Assembly: GCF_036321535.1 (NCBI RefSeq)
Contig: NC_087437.1
Coordinates: 44,828,001-44,892,000, forward strand
Source of the DNA: Camelus dromedarius
Lineage: Eukaryota
Direction of reading: 5' to 3'
DNA: 64,000 nt
The notes under the pieces were generated by a model. It saw only the letters and a program-made list of their open reading frames with translations, searched no databases and had not been told where the DNA came from. This document shows, piece by piece, positions 1 to 11,390 of the stretch. Position 1 is the first letter of the stretch, and every line of letters begins with the position of its first letter. The position numbers were made by a program, and so were the translations under genes.

Positions 1-62
1 ACTATATTGTACACCTGTGACATAATACTGTACATCAGCTATGCTTCAATTAAAAAAAAAAA
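1..62 (+). mobile_element. L1 3' terminus with poly(A), cut by the window start
   Basis: TGTACACCTG...TACTGTACATCAGCTATGCTTCAATT followed by A11; resembles the other L1 3' tails at 11171, 44130 and 44706. Confidence 0.7.
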
Positions 63-429
63 GTAAGCCAGTGTCAAATGGCTGCTAATATACATTTGAA
101 AAGTGATTCAAGTATGTCTTTTGAAAGCAGGGAGAGTAACAATATGGGATATCAGATATACATACAAGAAGGAATTCAAGTACATATTTTGAAACCAAGA
201 GAGGGAGAACAGACCCGACAATGTGTATCTGTGGTAGGAAATCCATATACATATTCAAAAAGAGTCTCAGTATTAGTTCAGAAGAACAAAATATGTTTGA
301 CTTTGAAGAATAAGCGTGAAAGATATATATTAGTTTGGTTTTAAGTTTTCGAATAGTAACATAAATTTTGATTGGTAATGAAGATAGATTCCCCCTTCTG
401 ATTACCCTGTTCATCATCCTCATTGCTGG

Positions 430-2075
430 GTGTAGTTTATTTTCATTACTGTAAAACTTTCCATTGCATAAATACACCAAATGTGTTTGTATATTGCTCT
501 ACTGTTGATGGGTATTTGGGTTTGGGTTGTTTCCAACAACTGTTAAGAACATTTTTGTTCATGTCTCCTTGTATGAGTTTCTCTAGTACATATATACCCA
601 GGAATGGAATTACTGGCACATAAAGTATGAATATCTTTAGCTTTACTAGATAATGCTAAATTGCTAGGACAGCTGACTGCCAAGTCCCCCAAAGACCACC
701 AGAATAGTCTGCTAATTAAGCAAAGTTTATTATACTAATGTTACAAAGACAGGATGCCATCTTGGGTGAATCTTAGTAGTATCTCAGGAGGGAATATCCT
801 GGGGAAAATATTTATAGAAGATCTGAGTTTCTGGGCTCAAGTTCTAAGCTAAGAGTTTTAATTCAAAAAATAATTGCTAATGGGAAAAATCATGGGAGTT
901 GTTTAGGACTGTTTGGTGGACACAGCGATGGGAAGATTTGCTTGATAAACCAGCTGTTTGTCTAAGCAAGCAATGTATTGTCCGGAGAGGAGAGCTGTTA
1001 GAAGAACAAGTTATTTGTCTGGATATATCTGTTCATAGAAGTTGCTTGAAGCAAACAGTGAAGTTATTTATTATCTTGCAGTCTTATCTTCGCAATCAAG
1101 AATCTCTTGAAATAGTTATATTGATACAGGTGGCCTTCGTTGTCAGTGCTGATAGCTACGCAAAGTGGACTCAGGCAGTCTCAGTTTTCGAAGCCATGTG
1201 TGGGCATGCTCTTTAATACAGTCATCTGTCAAACTTGCCGTTTTCTTCATTTTTGCACTTAATATGTTAGTGCTGTCTAATTGTGGCTTAAGTTACATAC
1301 CTTTCTCTGTGCCAAGAAGTCAAGCACCTTTACATTCACGTACTGGCAGTTTCAATTGTCGGATGTTTGTGTCTATGTATGTTTTCTAAATGCCTGTTAT
1401 AACCATTCTTTTTTTTTTTTTAATTAGATTATTTGTCTTATTGTTCCGTAGGAGATATTTATATATTCTTGCCATTAGCTTGTTGTCAGTTAAGTGTGTT
1501 GCAAATATTTTCTCCCAGATTTTGACTTTTAGTTCCACTCTTTTTATTCTTTTTAATGAACAGTTCTTTGTTTCAGTGTAATCTAGTTTGGCAACCTCTC
1601 CCTTTAAGTTTAGTGTTTTTAGGATCTTAAGAATTCTTCTCTGCCCTGAGAAAGTATTCTTATACTACCTTATAAATCTTTGTTTTTTTTTAACATTTAA
1701 ATATTTAATCTATCATAATGATGATAAAAATTGTGATGATTTATTAGGATGCAATTTCCATTTTCAGCCTAATTTACTGAGAATTCTATCATTCCCTAAT
1801 GATATAAAATAAAACTGTTATATATTAAGTTTCAGTATATGCATAGGTTTGTTTCTGGGCTCTCAATTATATTCCACAGTCAATTTGTACATCTGGTTAC
1901 AAACACAATACTATTTTAGTCTTATATCTTTGAAATAAGCCTTTCTGTCTTGCAGTTCATGGTACCTGCTTAATTCTTCTATAAGAATATCTCGACTCCT
2001 CTTGCCCTTTACTCTTCCATGTGAATGTAAGAACTTACTTTGTCAAATGGCTTACTGGGATAGCAATTGGAATTA
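430..2075 (-). mobile_element. Old L1 (L1M-type) fragment interrupted by an LTR at ~662-1183
   Basis: Antisense L1 ORF2/3' hallmarks: TATATACCCAGGAATGGAATTACTGG, TTGCAAATATTTTCTCCCAG, TTTGTTTCTGGGCTCTC. Confidence 0.7.
662..1183 (-). mobile_element. Solo ERV LTR-like element nested in L1 (family not resolved)
   Basis: Abrupt change of composition within the L1, TG...CA termini, and an antisense poly(A) signal (TTTATT at ~727). The L1 sequence joins across it (GCTAAAT|GTTTTC). No clear TSD. Confidence 0.5.
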
Positions 2076-2485
2076 GAGGCAGTATATACTTGTCCAATAA
2101 ATATTTGTTTGATCGAATACTGTTGATTGTCTCAGAAGGTTATTATATTTCTAGTATCAAAAGTAGTAGTGACAATAGCAAGGTAAATAATTGAATATCC
2201 TAGTTCTAAGTGCTTCTCAGTGCTGAAATTGTCCTTAAAGGTCATCCTTTAAAACAACTCATTTCTTAGAATTTATGCAACTCAAAGAAAGGAAGATCAA
2301 GATTGCAGCAGTATGTGACTGAAATAGGGCTAAAGACAAAGCTCCAATCCCATTTATTCTTTAAAAATATTAAGTCAGCATCTCTATGTATCCAGGGATA
2401 TAAGAACGAATGAAATAAGACTCTGTGTTTGTCTAGTATTTTGCTGTATCATACTGCCTTTTATGCCAAAACTCTAAAGAGTTTT

Positions 2486-2535
2486 GCCACTACACAAATC
2501 TTTATTAAAAGCCATTACACAAATCTTTATTAAAC
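2486..2535. repeat. 25-bp tandem duplication
   Basis: GCCACTACACAAATCTTTATTAAAA followed by GCCATTACACAAATCTTTATTAAAC. Confidence 0.9.
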
Positions 2536-2544
2536 ACAAAACAA

Positions 2545-2965
2545 AACAGTGCTAGACATTGTTTTAATTGCAAAGGATACAGCAGTAAACAAAGGAGGAA
2601 TAATTATTGTCCTCATACTGCTGAGAGTCTATGGGAGATGGATATCTTAAAAATACAGGTCTGAATATAAACCATGCTAAGACTCAGAGAAAGCCTAGAA
2701 TACTATTAGAATGTAAGCAGGGCTGTGGAGAGTACTGACCTAGTCTGGGTATTTGGTAAGTTTTTTCTGGGAAACTAATGTTTGAGTTTTTGATCTAAAG
2801 GGTATGTAACAATTATCTAGTTAAAGAGGGAGAAGAAAAGAGTAAGGCAGAGAAGCCTGTATGACTGACGTCCAGAGGAAAGTGGGAGTGCAGCTTATTC
2901 TAGGAAGTGAAAAGAGGCTGTGACACTGGAAACTGGAGAGGAAGAGTAATGGTGGCATGAATCAG
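2545..2965 (-). mobile_element. L2 fragment
   Basis: GTGCTAGACATTG...GGATACAGCAGTAAACAAA followed by a purine-rich body, typical of antisense L2 3' regions. Confidence 0.55.
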
Positions 2966-3579
2966 ACCGAAGGACGGGGTTAGCTGATAAATAGGACCTC
3001 GTGATGCATCATATTGTTGGTGAAAGAAAAGAAGCTCCCCAGACGGTATGGGAAGTATTCCAAAACCAGTGATATGGGAGTTTTCAAAATCAATGCTCCC
3101 AGTTCTTTAGAATACATACGATGGGTGATTCTATTGATTTTCATTTGGCAGTAAACAGCATCAGACAGTCGGGCTGACTCCTCTGAGTAATAATTGGTTC
3201 AATGCTCTGACATTGATTAAATGAAGAAAATAGGAGGATGTAGAGAAGGAGAATCCACTATAAAGTAATTAATATTTGTTAAATCTGTAGAACCTTAAAC
3301 TAGATGTCTAGCTTAGGATTAATTTACATGTCACTGTAAACATAAATACAGATTAGCTATTTAAATTTTTATTTTTGCCTTTCTTAACTTTGATTTAGTT
3401 CATTTCATATTTTTTATGTTCAGAATACTTAATATGATGCTTATGTCACTAAGTGTCAAACTTACTCATTTTAAAGACTTTTTTTTAATATGTTGATATA
3501 TTTAAAAGTGACTTCATTTCTAAGTACTTCAGAAGTAATGTTTTAAAAATAAAAACATCTTCCTAAGTACTCAAAATAA

Positions 3580-5165
3580 TATCACAGCTATCAGAATTAC
3601 TAACAGTCCTTCAATATTACCTAATACCAATTTCATATTCAAATATCCCTAATTCTTTTTCACATACGTTCTACAGCTGGTTTGTCTAAACCTGGATTCC
3701 ATTTGGGAATACACATTGCAGTGGATTAAGCCTCTTTATGTAAAGTTGGCCTTTTTTTAAGTTTTGTTTTTTACAAAACACTGATCTGGTGAAGAGACTA
3801 GGCCAATTGTCCCGTCATTAGTTTACCTTCTGGATTGGTACTTTCATTTAGCATATTCTTCTGTCCTCTGGTATCCTGAGAGCTGGAAGTTAGAGGCCTG
3901 ATTACACATTAATATTAAGCATTTTTGGCTAGAATGCAACATAAATAATATATACAGCATAGTACATTCCATCAGAGACACATCTTACCTGGTTGCCACA
4001 TCATCAGTAATTCCAAGATTGATGACTGATAAGGGTAATAACATTCTGATCTCTCTAATATACAGTTACAATTTTCTGGTAAAAAGGGAAAACATCTCTC
4101 TGATATTACCTTAGCACAATCAGATGTTCAGTTACCCATTATAACAGTCCTGAAAATAAGTTACACATTAGTAACAAACAATTCCAGAATCTCAGTGGCT
4201 TAAAATGACCAAAAATAAATTTTTTTCTTATTCATTCAAAGCTTGCAACTGTCTACTACATGATGACTCAGAATTACATCTCCTTATCAGTGCACTCTTT
4301 ACAGTCACCAAGGCAGGAAAAGAGTGAAATTGACAGCTATGCTATAGCTCTTAAATATTTCTACCGTCTTACTGTGATTCATATATCATTGGCTAAAGCA
4401 AATCACATGGCCATGTCTAACTTCAAGGAGACAGGGAAAGGCCTTACTATTACACATCCTGACAGAGGAGAATCAGAAATAGTGGTGATCAGCAAAAATT
4501 ATATCCATTCACCGTTTACCTACTAGCTTAAAAATAATTGATAGTTCCTGTCCAAGTCAGTAGTTTTACTAAAGATTGTAAAGTGGTGATTTTCTAATTC
4601 TGTAACTTATTTTGCCTTTATTACCTGATGTTCTTCTGTAAAATCAAACTATTTGGTCATCCTGAACTGTGGGTTTTGTGGAAAGGTAGATCTTGCCTTA
4701 ACATGCTTAATTCTTTTTCTCTAAATAGTAAATTTTCATGAACTTGGTTTAATAGCTGCCTCAAATTGTAATAATAAATGTTTTTGGCTTCCTCTCTTGT
4801 CTTTTTATATTATTAATCAATTTTCATAGAATCAGTGTATAACTATCAATTAAAATCATTTGCATTAGATGCTCAGATTTTTAAAACTTTGATAAGAGGG
4901 AACTCTTTCAAGGTTTGTCTTAAATTTTTTTGACATAACATCATTAATCTTTGACAACTTCCTTGCTTTTTTGCACAAAGTTTTCGGGGCTTACGTTGTA
5001 CTCTCACTGCACAAGATCTGGAAAGACCCATTTCTCCAATGGTTCTTTGTTCCTGTTAGTGGAAAAAATGGTAGTAGAGAGCAGTACCTGGCCACTGAGG
5101 GTACTCATTGCTGATGGGGTGATATTACTTTTAGAATTTAAATGGAAAGAACTAGAAAATACATA
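3580..5165 (-). mobile_element. L1MC-like 3' fragment interrupted by an MLT1 LTR
   Basis: Antisense L1MC-like motifs (AATACCAATTTCATATTCAAAT, ATTTTTGGCTAGAAT, GGTGATTTTCTAATTC, GGGTACTCATTGCTGATGGGGTG). Confidence 0.6.
4150..4510 (-). mobile_element. MaLR LTR (old MLT1 family)
   Basis: GTAACAAACAATTCCAGAATCTCAGTGGCTTAAA and CATTGGCTAAAGCAAATCACATGGCCATGTCTAACTTCAAGG are MLT1 hallmarks. Confidence 0.7.
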
Positions 5166-7189
5166 TTTAAACAATTTAAATAGCCCACTCAACTTCACCA
5201 TTACTGTGTTTTACTTACTTTTTTTCTTATAATATTGTTCTTACTTTTACACTGAAATTTGTGATTTATGGCAATGTTATTATAATTACTTCCAAAATTT
5301 CTAATCATGAAAGCCTACAGTTACATTCTGAAAGTGGATCCTGTAGCACAGTAATCCTTTCAGGCTCTCTGAGGGAAAGGGAAAAAAGCATCTAGAATCA
5401 ATTAATTTTTGAAAAGGCTGCATATCATATACCACACTGTTAAGACAGTCATAAAACATATTTTTAAATTAGAGACTTTGAGAAGCTGTGACATAAAAGA
5501 TGCCTGGTTAACTTTGTTGAGACTAGTATTTCCAAAATGGAACTAATTTTTCATGGAACATATTTTGGGAAATACTAGTTTAAAGTAAGTTTTAAGGATG
5601 TTTCTTCTTCACAATCCAGTCTGTACACTGGAGTTAGGATCATCTGTTGTTATACATAATCTCAGATGTCTTATAAACACATGAAAATAAAGTCTTCTAC
5701 CATAATGGTTTTCAGAAACTTTCTATTCCAGAAAAAAAGGAGCAATAAAAGTTCTGTTAGATTGAGCTAATATAAAATAAGGCTTTTGAACTCTTCAATG
5801 AAAGGACACTATAAATAGATGCTAGTATTGTTTTCTGTGTCTTTGAACAGATTTTTTCTCAAAAGATAGCTCAAAGTAAATAATTTATAATTTTATATGT
5901 AGAAAAGTTCTTACAGTGTAATAAACTTCTAATCCATAGCTGTGGATTAATCTTATAGGAAATAATTTGGTTCCCTGTATTGCCAGTACTGTATGATTCT
6001 ATTCTCTTATTAAAGAATTATTTTCTGAAGAAGGTCATAAATATAGTTGTACACATAAACACACATGCATGCATCTATATAAAATGAAAACGTTTCTCCA
6101 CTTAGAATCTTCTTAAAAAGCTGTAATTATTATATTACATATATTTTTACATTACATAATAGTTAAAAATGCAAAGTATTTAGTTCCTTAAAATGTTCAT
6201 TAAAAATCTTAAAAATTTCTGTTAATATATTTTGTTTTTATTGGCACTTAGGTTATTTTAGATATGAATATGAATTTTACATACCAATTATTGAAAATTC
6301 AAAAAAGCAGACCCACATATGTTCTTATTAAGAGTGATATAGCATCTGCACCCTGGAAATTATTTCTGTAAGTCTGGCATGTGTAATGTAAGAGAAAGGA
6401 GGTACCTCTATCTTTAGAGTATCATTTAAGCTCTCAAAAATAAGCTTTATGAAAAAAGACAAGACCATCTGTTAATCTGTCAGTTGAGAGTTCTTCTTTG
6501 CTAAGATAGAGATGCCTTTAACTGTTTACCAGACCATAACTATTGTATTCAGATTATTTCCCCGCTATTTTGTCTTAGTGGTAATTAAATTCACTTTGAA
6601 TCCCTGATTACAGAATCTCATGTTACAGTTTTCAGAAGATTCTCTTAGAAAGAGGACTGTCAAGTATAACCATGAGTGGTGTGTGAGGATTAAGAACAGG
6701 CAACTTATGGTTGATGTGTTTACTACTTAAGCTTCAGGGAAGCTCACTTCCCTGGGAAGCGCAGTGATTCCAGGTAATCTTTGCACCTGGAGCCGTGTAT
6801 AAATGTGCGAACTGTCTGCGTAAGATGAGCCTTAGCAGCACTTCGGTCACTGTCCACAGAGGACTTCTTTGACAGTTACTATGGCATCATGGAGAAAAAG
6901 AAAGTCTGTAGGCAGCAGCTCTCATTTCTTGCACTTATTAGTGCTCTGTATTTATTGTCTGTGGATTTCCCTTAGAGCAATCACAGACAAAGCAATTACT
7001 TTACGGTGTTGATTGGGTCTAGATCCGGTGTCCCCACCCCTTCCCCAGCAGAGCTTCGTAATAACATTCAGCACTAAGTGGTGAGCAGTAAAGTCATGTT
7101 TTTGTCTCTTCTGTCTCGTGCTGAGCTGTCACATCCCAGTTCAAGTGACCAGAGGTGTAGCATATTTGCTTTAGGTACTTTTCTGAGAG

Positions 7190-7475
7190 GTAGCACAGTC
7201 AAAGCATGGAGGGGTCAGGTTGGGGCGGGGCACAAGAACTACAAATGTTTAGCATGGGCTCCACTTTACTTTCATATCCATTGTGTTATGGCTAGAGAAT
7301 GGTGATGATCTTTCTCCTTTCCTATTTTCCCTTGGTTTTCTCAAATGTGAAAAATGGGCAAAAAGTGCAGACATGGTAAGGTCTTCAGGCAGGATCTGTT
7401 ACATAAATACATTAGACAATGTATGTCAAAGTTCATGGTATGAGTGTGCCCGAAATGTAAAAGCTGCTTTTAACA
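7190..7475 (+). mobile_element. MIR SINE (degenerate)
   Basis: CCTTGGTTTTCTCAAATGTGAAAAATGGG core-like motif and a MIR-like 3' end. Confidence 0.5.
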
Positions 7476-8738
7476 ACTAAACATCATTCATATTTAAAAT
7501 ACACAACTGAATAAGAGTTTGGAGCCATAGTCTTCTGTTGGCAACAATTCAAATGAAACCTAAAATCCAGATAGTTTTCTTTTTCTTACTTTCTTCCATA
7601 CTTTCATCATTATGAATTATAAAGAATACTTTACTTTTGAATATGTGCCAATGTCACATACATTTTAGACTTTGATACTTTGCCAGCAAATGCTTCCAAA
7701 CAAAATATTCACTTCAACTGACTCTTAATTTTACTCACAGATATCTAGTCCAATCCATATATACTCCAGAAAACTTTCCTTAGATCCAAACACTTTCTGT
7801 TTGAAAAACATCAGTACTGAGTTTTATTGTATCTCATGAAAGCAGTGAAGCTTAAAAATATATATTCTTTTTCCTCTTTATAAATTCCAACTCCTAAAAT
7901 AATGAGGTTAAACATTATTTTTCTAATAATGAAAATCAATTAATTTGCCTAGGGTCACTTAGCTTCTCTCTTCGTATCTTCTGTTGTCCCTTTTGAAGAC
8001 TAGTTACAAGTATTTAATTCAGGAATAAAAAAATTAAGTGTTTTTAATGCTAGTGAATACATCTGTCCTGCCAAAGTAAGTTGCTATTGGCTACAGAGCT
8101 AATTCTTTTGGCAGAAGCTTGATTCTTATTGTTTGCATATAATTAGTGAGTTGGATGCCTGAGAGAACACGATAATTTCTTTAAAAAAAAAAAAATCTAC
8201 AGATGGACCACAACTGCAGATATGGCATCAGCGATTTATTTTATAGTCTTTTAACTCACTATATTCTGTTCTCCAAGCTCAGTACCATCAGCTCTTCAAT
8301 CCAAGACTGCTCCGAATTCTTTATTCTTAATATAACTCTACGGGAGAAATATAACAAAGGTAACGTGATATAGTCTAGTTACTCATATTGCAGAAGAAGA
8401 TTTCAAACCCCCGCTGTTTTTTTCAGAGACCAGCAATGAAGAGAGATACTTCCTTGGAACTAAGATACCTGCCAAGCTCTCAACTGTCCCTTTAGTGGCT
8501 GTAAATAAATTGTTGGTGTGTGTATTAGTTTGCTCAAGCTGCAATAACAAAATACCACAGACTGTGTGGCTTAAACAACAGATATTTTCTCACAGTTTTG
8601 GAGGTTGGAAAGTAGAAATTCAGGTACCAGCAAGAGCTTTCTCCTTAGATAGGATTTCCCCATCTTGCTGTGGGCTCACATGGCCTTTCCTTGGTATGTG
8701 CATATAGAAAAGAAAGTGAGCTTTCTCGTGTCTCTTTT

Positions 8739-9091
8739 GTTTGTTTTTCATTTTTAACTTAAGGTTTAATTGACATAACATTATTTTAATTTCAGCTGTA
8801 CAGTGTAAGGACTTGATATTTGTAAATGTTGCAAAATGATCACTTCAGTAAGTCCAGTTAACATCCTTCACCATATAGAGTTACCATTTTTTTTAAGTTT
8901 TACTCTCCTAGCTACTTTCATATATGCAGTATAATATTATTGACTATGGGTCACCATGCTGTACATTACATCCCCATAACTTATTCATTTTATAACTGGA
9001 GATTTGTACCTTTTGACTTCCTTCATCCATTTTGCTGACCCCCACCGCCGCTACAGGCAACCACCAATCTGTTTTCTATATCCAAGGACTC

Positions 9092-9147
<56 letters not shown>

Positions 9148-9847
9148 GAGATTCCACATATTAGTGAGGTCATATGATATTTATCTTTTTTTGTTTAACA
9201 TTTTGTTTAGCATAATGCCTTCAAGATCTATTTATGGTGTAACAAATGGCAAGATTTCATTTTTTCTATGGTCAAATGATATTCCATTATATATAGATAA
9301 CACGTCTTCTTTATCCATTCATTCATTGATGGACATTTAGGTTGTTTCTGTCTCTTGGCTATTGTAAATAATACTGCAGTGTTATAGAGGTACATGTGTA
9401 TTTTCAAATTGGTGCTTTTGTGTTTCTTCAGATAAATACCTGGAAGTGAAGTGAAACTGCTGAATCCTATGGTGGTTTTATTTTTAATTTTTTGAGGAAC
9501 CTCCATACTGTTTTCCATAATGGCTGCATTAATTTACATTCCTACCAACAGTGCTCAAGGGTTTTCTTTTTTCCACATCCTCACTAATACTTGTTATTTT
9601 TCATCTTTCTGGTAATAGCCATCCTAACAGGTGTGAGGTGATACCTCATTGTGGTTTTGATTTGCATTTCCCTGATGATTAGCATTGTTGAGCACCTTTT
9701 CATTTCCTGTTGGCCATCTGTATGTCTTCTTTAAAGATTTTTGCTATTGAGTTCTTTAAATGTTTTAGATATCCCTTTATCAGATAGGTGATTTGCAAAT
9801 ATTTTCTCCCATTCAGTAGGCTGTCCTTCTATTTTGTTGGCAATTTG
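8739..9847 (-). mobile_element. L1 (L1MA-like) 3' ~1.1 kb, 5'-truncated
   Basis: Well-preserved antisense L1 (TTTTTGAGGAACCTCCATACTGTTTTCCAT, GTGTGAGGTGATACCTCATTGTGGTTTTGATTTGCATTTCCCTGATG). TSD GTCTCTTTT at 8730-8738 and 9848-9856. ORF 9228..9518 is ORF2 C-terminal remnant. Confidence 0.9.
9094..9145. repeat. (TG)26 microsatellite inside the L1
   Basis: Direct read. Confidence 0.95.
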
Positions 9848-10123
9848 GTCTCTTTTCTTATAAGAACACTAACCCTATCTAATAAGGGTCCCAGGCTTAT
9901 GACCTCATTTAATCTTAATTACATCCTTACATGCCCCATCTCCAAATACAGGGACACTTGGCATTAAGGTTTCAACATACGAATTTTGGCAGGGACATAA
10001 TCCTTCCATCCATAATGGTGTGCTTAGCACCTAAATTTTAGATAGTTGAAAGGAGATCTACTATTTATATTAACACATAAGTTGTATATATTTAATTCTG
10101 AAGATAAAAATTAAAGCTGTCTC

Positions 10124-10735
10124 AATGTAAAATGGCATAGCTACTGTGGAATATAGTTTGGTAGTTTGTTAAAAAGTTAAATATAAGTTTATGAGCCTGT
10201 AATTTCACTAGTAGGAATCTACTCCCTGAAAATGAAAACTATTTTTTTCATGAAAGACATGAACATGAATGTTCATAGCAGCATTACTCAGAATAGGCCC
10301 ATGCTATGAACAGTCTAGATTTCTATTAAATTTGGCAAATGGATAAATAAAATGCATCTATGCAAGTAAATACCATTCAATATACAAAGAATGAAATACT
10401 AATATACGCATCAAGTGGGTGAACCTCAGAAACATAATGCTAAGTGAAAGAATTCAGAAACAAAAGGCTACACATTGTATGACTATATTTATATGAGGGG
10501 TTCAGAAGAGACAAATTTATAGAAAGTAGAGGTTTGCTAGGACTGGTATGGGGGCAGGACTGATCGCAAATGGGACTCCAGGGAACTATGGCAGGGGGAT
10601 GATGGAAATACTCTAAAACTGAATTGTGGAGATTGATGCACCACTCTGTCAATTTACTTAAAATCATGGAATCACATACTTGGCAATGGGTGAATTTTAT
10701 GGTGTATAAAGTATACCTCAATAAGGCTGTTAAAA
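10124..10735 (+). mobile_element. L1M (L1MB/MC-like) 3' end
   Basis: AATGTAAAATGG..., GAATGTTCATAGCAGCATTA, GGGTGAACCTCAGAAACATAATGCTAAGTGAAAG, ending GGTGAATTTTATGGTGTATAAAGTATACCTCAATAAGGCTGTTAAAA. Confidence 0.85.
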
Positions 10736-11042
10736 CACCGAAGTTCTCTCATTTGGTTTTGGTATCATTTGAGTTCTGTCAAGTCGAATTCTTGCCAGTT
10801 TTCAGTAAGATTCAGTTCTACTCTTCCCCTGAAATGATCTTTGATTTCTGAAACTCATTCTAGTGTTGTCTCTATACCTTCTGCTTTCAGGAAAGAATTC
10901 TCCTCTCTCAATATTACATTACCCTAGAGAACTTAAGTTTCTTAGTAGTTCTTTATGTGAAACATTTTTCTCTTATCAAAGAAATTTGACATCGGGATCA
11001 CCTGACAGATGCACTATAAAAAGGAACATTTATGAGAGAGTG

Positions 11043-11076
11043 AGTATCGCACCATCATAGTATCGCACCATCATAG
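11043..11076. repeat. Perfect 16-bp tandem duplication
   Basis: AGTATCGCACCATCAT x2 plus AG. Confidence 0.9.
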
Positions 11077-11390
11077 AGATCATGGGCTATTGGAATGAGA
11101 AAATCCCCTACTCAAATCATGGCTCTATGTCATACTAGCTGAGTGACCCTGTCTAAGTTACATAACTTTTTTTTTTCAAATGAAGTGTAGTCATTTACAA
11201 TGTGTCGATTTCTGGTGTACAGCACAGTGTCCCAGTCTAAGTTACATAACTTTTCTGGATTTATCTCATCTCTCAAATATGGATGACATCAGCAGGATTG
11301 TTGGGAATATAAATTAAAAATTAGTGGTAGAAGTTTTTACTGCAGTGTTTATAGCCTTGTTTATACAGCCTTTGAGTATTAAATGTTTTC
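11075..11390 (+). mobile_element. MIR SINE interrupted by a short L1 tail
   Basis: CAAATCATGGCTCTATGTCATACTAGCTGAGTGACCCTGTCTAAGTTACATAAC is the MIR core. Confidence 0.7.
11171..11234 (-). mobile_element. 64-bp 5'-truncated L1 3' tail with perfect 20-bp TSD
   Basis: TSD GTCTAAGTTACATAACTTTT at 11151-11170 and 11235-11254. Minus-strand insert: TGGGACACTGTGCTGTACACCAGAAATCGACACATTGTAAATGACTACACTTCATTTG-A(n). Confidence 0.9.

Larger units (their letters stand above)
8521..10017 (-). mobile_element. MLT1A-like MaLR solo LTR split by an L1 insertion
   Basis: Begins TGTATTAGTTTGCT...AATAACAAAATACCACAGACTG..GGCTTAAACAACAG and resumes at 9857 (TTATAAG..CTTATGACCTCATTTAATCTTAATTAC..TCTCCAAATACA..TTCAACATACGAATTTTGG). 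The 5-bp TSD GTGTG is at 8516-8520 and 10018-10022. Confidence 0.85.

Noticed and set aside
9228..9518. 96-aa [15 protein letters not shown]...
   Set aside because: Degenerate L1 ORF2 C-terminus within a truncated L1, not a host gene.
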